Shown: piece after piece, positions 57,438 through 64,000 of the stretch
How the letters are laid out: every line of letters starts with the position of its first letter
Numbering within the stretch: the stretch's first letter is position 1
Assembly (NCBI GenBank): GCA_000004985.1
Contig: GG738917.1
From: Naegleria gruberi
Lineage: Eukaryota
Strand: one strand, 5' to 3'
DNA: 64,000 nucleotides
Program-made: the position numbers and the translations under genes
Notes under the pieces: generated by a model
Told to the model about the DNA's origin: nothing
Databases searched by the model: none
Seen by the model: the letters and a program-made list of their open reading frames with translations, nothing else

Positions 57438-58256
57438 ATGACTCAAGGAGAAGAAACATCTGGTTTGAGATTTTTCTCTAGAAACAAAAGCAAAGCTTGG
57501 GCAGAAAAGTTCTTCCTTGCCTATGGCCCTATTTGGATGCTTTACTTTGTCTTTCTGATTTATTATGAAATTTATGAAGGTGCCTCGAAACTTGGTTGGA
57601 CAATGTTTGGTGTCATAATGGCAACTCCTTGTGTTATGTATCCATTGATGTTTCCAGGAAAGGCAGACAGCAAGTTACCAATCACTGAAAGATATTGGTT
57701 TAAGGCTAATCTTTGGATTTTATTTTTCAATTTTGTTGGAAATTATTTCTGGACTCACTACTTTTTCAATCTACTTGGAGCTAGATATACTTTGGAGGCA
57801 TATAGTATCAATGATATTCCTTATTTGATGTTTTTCTGCACCCAAGCTTATTTCACTTTTTATTTCACATTTAGTAATGTTCTATTGAGAATGATTTATA
57901 CTGGAATGAAAGAATCAAGAGGGAGAACTGTCTTTGTTGTATTGTTCCTTTGTGCATTTTGCTATTTCACAGCCTATATGGAAACACTCACAATCCAACA
58001 TTTCAAATATTACACACACAAAAATAGGGATGCAATGTTAAAGTACGGTTCAATTTTCTATGCTCTATACTTTATTGTTGGATTTCCAATGTATTTCAGA
58101 GTGGATGAAGAGGAGAAGGAGAAGAAATTTTCCACATGGAAAGTTGTCACTGAGAGCTTGGCATCATGCATGTTAGTGACTATATTGCTTGACTTTTGGA
58201 GATTGATTATTGGAGGAATCATTCCAGATATTCCTCAATGCAATTGGAAAAATTAA
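57438..58256 (+). CDS. CPI1: Cycloeucalenol cycloisomerase (CPI1; opens the 9beta,19-cyclopropane ring in cycloartenol-route sterol synthesis)
   Basis: 272 aa, multi-TM. KANLWILFFNFVGNYFWTHYFFNLLGARYTLEAY matches, as I recall it, the plant CPI1 block ANLWIIVFSYVGNYFWTHYFFKVLGASYTF; AYMETLTIQHFKYY / AYLETIAIANFPYY and YALYFIVGFPMYFRVDE / YAIYFIVSFPMFFRMDE also align. Confidence 0.8.
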   Translation: MTQGEETSGLRFFSRNKSKAWAEKFFLAYGPIWMLYFVFLIYYEIYEGASKLGWTMFGVIMATPCVMYPLMFPGKADSKLPITERYWFKANLWILFFNFVGNYFWTHYFFNLLGARYTLEAYSINDIPYLMFFCTQAYFTFYFTFSNVLLRMIYTGMKESRGRTVFVVLFLCAFCYFTAYMETLTIQHFKYYTHKNRDAMLKYGSIFYALYFIVGFPMYFRVDEEEKEKKFSTWKVVTESLASCMLVTILLDFWRLIIGGIIPDIPQCNWKN

Positions 58257-58262
58257 ATAAAT

Positions 58263-59063
58263 TTACAAGTACTTTCTATAATCCTCCTTAGTTCTGTGTA
58301 CCAGCTTTTCCTCAGCTTTACAACTTTTACAAGTCAGAATACACTGTCGTGTCTGGACTGGATCAAACGAAACTGAAATCATGAAATGATCACAATCCAG
58401 TTGTCTCCTTTTTTCATTATCAATTTCTGATCGATGTTCATTATCCATCAAGCCATAGCCCTGCTCAGCTGCTTGAAGAGCTTTCGTTCCCTTTCGTGTG
58501 CTTCTCTTAAAATTATCATATTCTTCCTGGAAAGCATAAATGTACGAAGTGTAAGAGCGGAATTGTTCTCTAAGTTTCATATTTCTATTTGTAAATTTAA
58601 TTCTCCTGTTGAGTAAGGCAAAGTAAAGTTTCTGAAAAACCAAATGTTGTTCTGGTTTCATATCAGATGGAATAAACTTTTTTTGAAATCCAAAAATGTT
58701 TCGTGGATCTTTTAACTGAAACATGTTTTCAATTTCTTTTTCCAAAGTTTTGCCCTCCTTTATGAATAAGGCAGCATGATCCCTTTCTTCCTCTGTGGAA
58801 ATTATTTTACCAAATGTTCTTTCCAATAGATATTTCTGGAAAGGAAGAGAATAAATAATGTTTCTAATTTTTCTATCAATAAGGACATAGACTGTGTAGA
58901 GATCTTTGATTTCAAAATAATTTAGTATCACTATCCATATTTCTTCCAAATGAATTTTGGTAAATATTGTTTCTGTTAAAACTTTAGGTTTCGGTTTCTT
59001 GTTAGATTTCTTAGGGATGGTATTCAACAAGTAGTCTTCGTCTAACAATGCAAATGAAGACAT
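58263..59063 (-). CDS. Hypothetical protein with N-terminal F-box-like motif and C-terminal Cys cluster
   Basis: 266 aa, ATG 59063. LEEIWIVILNYFEIKDLYTVYVLIDRKIRN is F-box-like. C-terminal CDHF...CILTCKSC. Confidence 0.4.
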   Translation of the reverse strand: MSSFALLDEDYLLNTIPKKSNKKPKPKVLTETIFTKIHLEEIWIVILNYFEIKDLYTVYVLIDRKIRNIIYSLPFQKYLLERTFGKIISTEEERDHAALFIKEGKTLEKEIENMFQLKDPRNIFGFQKKFIPSDMKPEQHLVFQKLYFALLNRRIKFTNRNMKLREQFRSYTSYIYAFQEEYDNFKRSTRKGTKALQAAEQGYGLMDNEHRSEIDNEKRRQLDCDHFMISVSFDPVQTRQCILTCKSCKAEEKLVHRTKEDYRKYL

Positions 59064-59164
59064 TTTTTGATTATCCTAATTTTAAATCTGATCTTGTAAC
59101 TGTGATGATCATCCTCAAAGTGTGAAGTTTCAATTTCAAACAGTCAACTTGCAAAAAGAGCTGT

Positions 59165-59851
59165 TTATTCCACATTACAAAAAGATGTTCCAACAAAAAC
59201 AGCATCAGTATTGGAGAAAGGTTCAAGTGTTAGCAATTCTCTTGGTTTGAAATACTTTTTAACATCGGTGATTGTTTCTTGGGTCCATTCTACAGATTGT
59301 TGAACGTATCCTTCAGGTTTGTGTAGTACAATATAAAAATCTCCACCTTCTTTAAGGAATAATTTGGCATTCTCTGTCATTGCTTTGTGAGTACCATTTG
59401 TCATTATGATGTCCACTTTTTCAGGAATTTCTGATTGATATTCAGATGGATTATTTGCACTTCCACTAATTGCAATAAGATTATTTCTTTGTGATTGCAA
59501 TTTTGCAACAATTTGATAGTCAGATTCAGAACTATTAACACAATAAACTTTTCCACTAGTAGAAATAATATCCGAAATAAAAGATAAGGTAATTGGTGCA
59601 ACATCAATACACAATATCTTTCCTCCTGGTTTGACACTCATAAAGTGCAAACCAGACACAATGCTGGCAGCCAGGCGACAATCCACTCTCCATTTTCTAT
59701 ATTCAGTTCCGTTAATTGTAACGATTTCATCAAAATCAAAAACTTCAGGAATATTTGGTGCATAGTTTACAGTACACAATACATGGAATGGCTCTTCAGG
59801 ACTTGTTGTGATGAACATATTTGGAAATCTGTGTGGTTCAATTGTTGACAT
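59165..59851 (-). CDS. Divergent fibrillarin-like methyltransferase-fold protein (no GAR domain; SAM-binding motif degenerate)
   Basis: Track ORF 59165..60076 overlaps the upstream BTB gene; internal ATG at 59851 (MSTIEPHRFPNMF...). Aligns along the fibrillarin catalytic domain: IEPHRF (VEPHRH), YRKWRVDCRLAASIVSGL (YRAWNPFRSKLAAAILGG), KPGGKILCIDVAPITLSFISDIISTSGKVYCVNSSE ([36 protein letters not shown]), ELLTLEPFSNTDAVFVG (EQLTLEPYERDHAVVVG). Confidence 0.6.
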   Translation of the reverse strand: MSTIEPHRFPNMFITTSPEEPFHVLCTVNYAPNIPEVFDFDEIVTINGTEYRKWRVDCRLAASIVSGLHFMSVKPGGKILCIDVAPITLSFISDIISTSGKVYCVNSSESDYQIVAKLQSQRNNLIAISGSANNPSEYQSEIPEKVDIIMTNGTHKAMTENAKLFLKEGGDFYIVLHKPEGYVQQSVEWTQETITDVKKYFKPRELLTLEPFSNTDAVFVGTSFCNVE

Positions 59852-59903
59852 TTTTTTTTGATGATAAATCAACGGAAGGATTGGTTGTTTTGCAATGTTA
59901 CCT

Positions 59904-61367
59904 TCATTGTAAAATGCAATTATTTGTTGAGGATGACAGCAAAGATTGCACTCTCTTGAAGTTTGTGAAATGTTGAAGGTGTTTCTTGTAGGATTCGTAG
60001 TTAGCTTTCTCCTTTTCATACTTTTCAAGTTCTGTGTAGTAATAGGAAGGAGGCCACACATTTGTTTTGATTTCAATCAAATCTTCTTCCTCTAGAGAAT
60101 TCTGAATGAGTGGTAAATAGTTTGCATAATTGTTTGTCATATAGTAGAGGCATAGTTTTCGTAATTGTTTGGCATTGTAAAGTTTAGAAAACAAGTAGAG
60201 AGTTACAATTTCTTCACTGCCATTTTTTGCATTCTCTTCATTGATAGATTTCGATATGAAAACTTCACATTGAGTTTCAAGATGATTCATGTTATATAGG
60301 TGAGCTATGGCTAAAATTGTACACACAGAATTGGAATCAAATACAGGTTGTCTGTGATAGACATGTTGTAGAAAGGCCTCGCATCCTTTGATTTGATCTT
60401 CAATGGAATTAGTTAATTCTTGACCTTCAAATAGATTAATTTCAGTCATGGAAGAAGAGCTCTCAATAAAGCCATCTGTGAACATAACCTTAAAGACATC
60501 ACTGCACACAAATAGAAAACATTTGTTGGCGTATCTGTAGTTATCTCCAATTTTGAATTGAACATCAGCATACTCTTTCTTTCCAAAGAAGTTTGTGTTT
60601 AGTTTCGAATAGAAATCCTGCATAATATTTTCAGATCCCTCATTAAACAAATCACACTTATCGTAAAAGTTTTTCAGAGATGGTGCGTCGAATAAGAGTG
60701 ATAATTCATCAATTCTTCCTTTCAGGAATTTCTTCTCTAGATTAATAGTTTTCCCACAGTAAGTCAATTCTAGTATGGTTATAAATTCTTGTGTTGATAT
60801 AGATTCTACTAGCTCAAGTTTGAAAATTTTCTCCTCATAAAGTATGGTCTTAAATAAAGTGGAGTACTCAGAATAGAGCTCCGGTATTTCTTCTATCTTA
60901 TCGTTTGCAGCAAGATATTTCAATTTAGTGAATAAATTTTCCAATACTTTCGAGCAAGAACAGCTCAGAATAATACTATGAGCATATAGATTTTCTATTT
61001 CATTATTCTCATAATTCATTCCAATAATATGTACATCAGAAAATGCAGAATTATTGAGTAGTGATTGATTATTCTCAAATGAAAATCCAATTCTTTCTAA
61101 CGGTTGAGGTTTTTCTCTTTTCTCTGGTAATCGAGGACATTTCCTCACAGGAGGTGGAAGACAAGTGGAAACAAGGAGTTTCAAAGTGGATACTTTTGTT
61201 TCCTGATACGCTGCATTTATCACTCGATGCATGCACAAAGTTACATTAATATCCAAATCCGAACTTATGAGATAACTTGCACAAACATTATCCTCATTCT
61301 TTTTCACCACATTCATAATATCCTCCTCAATTATTGATCTTTGCAAATCAAAATTTTCATTCATCAT
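59904..61367 (-). CDS. Double BTB/POZ (plus BACK-like) domain protein
   Basis: 487 aa, ATG 61367. BTB 1 around FSDVHIIGMNYENNEIENLYAHSIILSCSCSKVLENLF. BTB 2 plus BACK around YADVQFKIGDNYRYANKCFLFVCSDVFKVMF...LAIAHLYNMNHLETQCEVFI...LRKLCLYYMTNN. Confidence 0.7.
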   Translation of the reverse strand: MMNENFDLQRSIIEEDIMNVVKKNEDNVCASYLISSDLDINVTLCMHRVINAAYQETKVSTLKLLVSTCLPPPVRKCPRLPEKREKPQPLERIGFSFENNQSLLNNSAFSDVHIIGMNYENNEIENLYAHSIILSCSCSKVLENLFTKLKYLAANDKIEEIPELYSEYSTLFKTILYEEKIFKLELVESISTQEFITILELTYCGKTINLEKKFLKGRIDELSLLFDAPSLKNFYDKCDLFNEGSENIMQDFYSKLNTNFFGKKEYADVQFKIGDNYRYANKCFLFVCSDVFKVMFTDGFIESSSSMTEINLFEGQELTNSIEDQIKGCEAFLQHVYHRQPVFDSNSVCTILAIAHLYNMNHLETQCEVFISKSINEENAKNGSEEIVTLYLFSKLYNAKQLRKLCLYYMTNNYANYLPLIQNSLEEEDLIEIKTNVWPPSYYYTELEKYEKEKANYESYKKHLQHFTNFKRVQSLLSSSTNNCILQ

Positions 61368-61959
61368 TAAATCACATTTTGTACAAACTAATACTATTTT
61401 CTATAAATTTGTGGATTCAAATATTGCAAAAATACCTACACATGAACTATCAGATTTTAAACAATTGGGAATCCAAATTTTATCCACATTCTCCAATGTT
61501 TTCGGTTGATCAATTGCAAATCTTTCAATTCATGAATAATTGCAACTTGACGTTAAACTTACAATATTAAAATTACATCACAATCAAATTTATCATCAAT
61601 TGTACCAATCTATTCAAATTTAATTTCAAATTTAATTCAAAATATTAAATCACACCTACATGAAAACTAAGGAGATACGATTGATCACCAGATCTGAAAC
61701 TTGTTACTCCTGTACTAATTTCATCATTATTCCTAATTAATTTGTTCCGATCGTCAATACTACCAACAGAATGCTTACCCTCTTTTATTGGTTACACATC
61801 GTAGGAGAGATTGTTTTCCAACGCCTTCATCTCCTAAAATTTTGACTTTCAGAATAAGTGATGCCATTTTTTATAAATTATAAATTAAATAAATTTTAAC
61901 GGCAAGTATTGATCCAAACTTTACAAAAAAAAATGACACGAAGAGGATGTCGTCTCACT

Positions 61960-62870
61960 TGTTCTAATCGATTTTATTACATCACGATGATCATCTAAAT
62001 AATTCACCACTCATTAAACAAGATCCGAAAACAAAAGACTTCATTTTCCTATCGATTTGAAAATAGTGCTTTTTATTTCAGTGCCGTAAAATGATGATAT
62101 TAAAATTTCCAATCGATACAATTGTTTGATTGGTATAACATCAGACTCGGTTTATATTTTTGATAAAAAGACAAAAGAAGTGATCAATTCGTTTGCTTTT
62201 GGAGGAGTTTTGGTGATGAGTATTGATGATGAATGAGCATGATGAAATATATGTTATTTCAGATCGAGCAAATGAACATTCCTACAGTGTTGAAAAGTTT
62301 AAATTGGGAGAATTTATTAGAAACAAGAATGCTCCAGCTGTTAAACCAGTTTGGATTACATCAGATACATGTTCTAATACGTATGGAAGTGTAGTATTTA
62401 ATGGTGTGAACACTAGATATTTAATTATTCTTGACAATTTTGAAAGTAATTTAAAAATATTTGATTATGAGACTGGATCTTTGATTAATAATACAATTTT
62501 TTCAGTTTATCCATATGCTTATTCATTAGGAAAGATTTCAAACAAGGAAATAGTTGTTGGATGCTCTAAGGTTTATTGAAATTTATGAAATCGATGAGAA
62601 TTCATTTGGATTAGACAAACAAGCACTCAAGTTGATCATTTCTAAACCCATTACAGATTATCCAGAATTTTTTTCTATAACACAATGAATCGAAAGATTA
62701 TTTTTTCAAATGTGTACGACAGTTCTATAACAGTTTGGAGTCAGGATAAATTAGAGCTAGTCCATCAGCATCAAGAACACCTTGATGGTATTTCAGGAAC
62801 GTGTTTGGATGTAAATACAGGAGAGCTCTTTGTTTGTTTTTCTAAGGGGGTTAGCATATTCAAGTAGAGT
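61960..62870 (+). pseudogene. Fragmented ORFs resembling pieces of a beta-propeller/WD-like protein: possible pseudogene or multi-exon gene I cannot assemble
   Basis: Track ORFs 62223..62579 and 62685..62867, plus an upstream fragment (...GITSDSVYIFDKKTKEVINSFAFGGVLVMSIDDE), sit in different frames with stops between and no clean GT..AG joins. Confidence 0.25.
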
Positions 62871-62905
62871 GATTATTTTCCAATTTGGATAAGCATTCAA
62901 ATTTA

Positions 62906-64000
62906 TTATCCAGCCCTTATAGCTCCAACCATGGTTGATAAGATCTTTTGAGCTGATGCCCTCTTACTCAAATTCAGTTTCTTTCTATCAACAGTACATC
63001 TATTCTTTGTAATACACATTGCAATAGCAACTTGGATGATATTATCTGAGGCAGTTCTTTCATAACATGGAGCTTTTTGTTGACATCCATAATAATAATA
63101 TTGCTGTCCGCATGTGGAGAAGATAGATGAGAATCCACCAAATGGTTGAGTACAATCAATCTTACAAGCAACACAAGTATTACGTTCAGAACCAGTGAAT
63201 AATGATCTTTCTCCTTGATCATCACTTGAAGGACCAGTCATATCAAAAAAGCTTGGATTTTGAGCTGCAATTTGCTTGGCAAGAGTATCAATTGCATTAT
63301 ATGTGATGTGTGTATCCTTTCCTCCATTGCCATTTGCCACAGCAGTTGGTACAGGTTTTACAACAACTGTTGGTGGAGCTACAACAGCAGCAACGGTTAC
63401 CTTTTTAACATTGTTAACCAATGGATCTCTGGTTACCTTGGTAGTTTTGGCTTTAGCCTTACTCTTTGATTTACTCTTTGATTTACTCTTACTCTTGGAC
63501 TTTCCTTTAGATTTTCCTTTAGATTTTCCTTTAGATTTACCTTTAGACTTTCCTTTAGATTTACCCTTTGAAGACTTTCCTTTGGATTTACCTTTGGATT
63601 TTCCAGAAGATTTACCCTTAGATTTACCAGATGACTTTCCTCTTGAACCCTTGCTGCCACCTTTGGAGCCACCTTTACTGCCTCTAGAACCACCTCTGGA
63701 TCCACCTTTACTGCCTCTTGAGCCACCTTTGCTTCCTCTGCTTCCACCTCTAGAACCTCCACTTCTGCTTCCTCTGGATCCTCCTCTTGAACCTCCACTT
63801 CTAGAACCACCTCTTGAGCCACCTCTGCCTCCTCCTCCACGGCCACCACCACGGCCTCCTCCACCTCTGCCTCCACCACCACGACCACCTCCACCTCCTC
63901 TACCTCCAAGAGTGGTTGCTGCATGTGTTGCTCTTTCATAATTTTCCAAATCTTCCTCATCCAAATCGTGTCCAAGAACGAGTGTAGTTCTGGTTTTACT
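62906..64000 (-). CDS. Secreted Gly/Arg/Ser/Lys-rich protein with conserved C-terminal 8-Cys domain (family member 3), 5'-partial
   Basis: Track ORF 62906..63964 begins on TTG; the frame stays open to position 64000 (SKTRTTLVLGHDLDEEDLENYERATHAATTLGGRGGGGGRGGGG...), so the signal-peptide end lies outside the window. (GGSRGGSR)n, (KGGSRGS)n, (SKGKSKGK)n, then C-terminus ...FFDMTGPSSDDQGERSLFTGSERNTCVACKIDCTQPFGGFSSIFSTCGQQYYYYGCQQKAPCYERTASDNIIQVAIAMCITKNRCTVDRKKLNLSKRASAQKILSTMVGAIRAG. Confidence 0.7.
   Translation of the reverse strand, partial: SKTRTTLVLGHDLDEEDLENYERATHAATTLGGRGGGGGRGGGGRGGGGRGGGRGGGGRGGSRGGSRSGGSRGGSRGSRSGGSRGGSRGSKGGSRGSKGGSRGGSRGSKGGSKGGSKGSRGKSSGKSKGKSSGKSKGKSKGKSSKGKSKGKSKGKSKGKSKGKSKGKSKSKSKSKSKSKSKAKAKTTKVTRDPLVNNVKKVTVAAVVAPPTVVVKPVPTAVANGNGGKDTHITYNAIDTLAKQIAAQNPSFFDMTGPSSDDQGERSLFTGSERNTCVACKIDCTQPFGGFSSIFSTCGQQYYYYGCQQKAPCYERTASDNIIQVAIAMCITKNRCTVDRKKLNLSKRASAQKILSTMVGAIRAG
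63440..63660. repeat. Coding 15-nt tandem repeats (cctttagattttcctttagatt...) encoding SKGKSKGK
   Basis: Direct reading of the + strand. Source of shadow ORFs 63276..63941(+) and 63433..63975(-). Confidence 0.6.

Noticed and set aside
50427-64000. Gly-rich proteins as collagen-like, or as intracellular RGG-box RNA-binding proteins.
   Set aside because: No sustained G-X-Y triplet periodicity (repeats are GGGS/RGGG/KGGKG). Clear N-terminal signal peptides and a Cys-rich extracellular-type domain argue against nuclear RGG proteins.

Overview
The window reads as nuclear DNA of a compact, AT-rich (roughly one-third GC) unicellular eukaryote: long intronless ORFs ending in standard stops, six introns of 44-73 nt with GTAAGT/GTATGT/GTTTGT donors and YAG acceptors, frequent poly-Q/N/S low complexity, no poly(A) or CCA encoded, one clear tRNA. 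About 35 protein genes on both strands. Recognisable products: Beclin-1/Atg6, an ABCB half-transporter, a Vps39/Vam6-like protein, a Mei2-like RNA-binding protein, a PAQR/hemolysin-III receptor, a fused PanB-PanE enzyme next to PanC, an arginase-family enzyme, a Rieske non-heme oxygenase next to cycloeucalenol cycloisomerase (CPI1), a divergent fibrillarin-like protein, a divergent ER-type Hsp70 with a frameshift, a receptor-type RGS protein with a frameshift, several F-box/LRR/BTB proteins, a DUF4116-repeat protein and a GPI-anchored beta-helix surface protein. The feature most likely to be new is a tandem family of three secreted, extremely Gly/Arg/Ser/Lys-rich proteins at 50.4-52.1, 54.1-55.3 and 62.9-64.0 kb (all on the minus strand), each ending in the same ~100-aa eight-cysteine domain that I cannot assign to a known family. 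The organism cannot be named from sequence; the CPI1-type sterol enzyme and the gene/intron structure fit an amoeboid protist (heterolobosean- or amoebozoan-like), but that is inference. The ORF track uses alternative start codons (several reported 'M' are TTG), so start coordinates below are re-placed on the first plausible ATG; derived coordinates may be off by a few nt.
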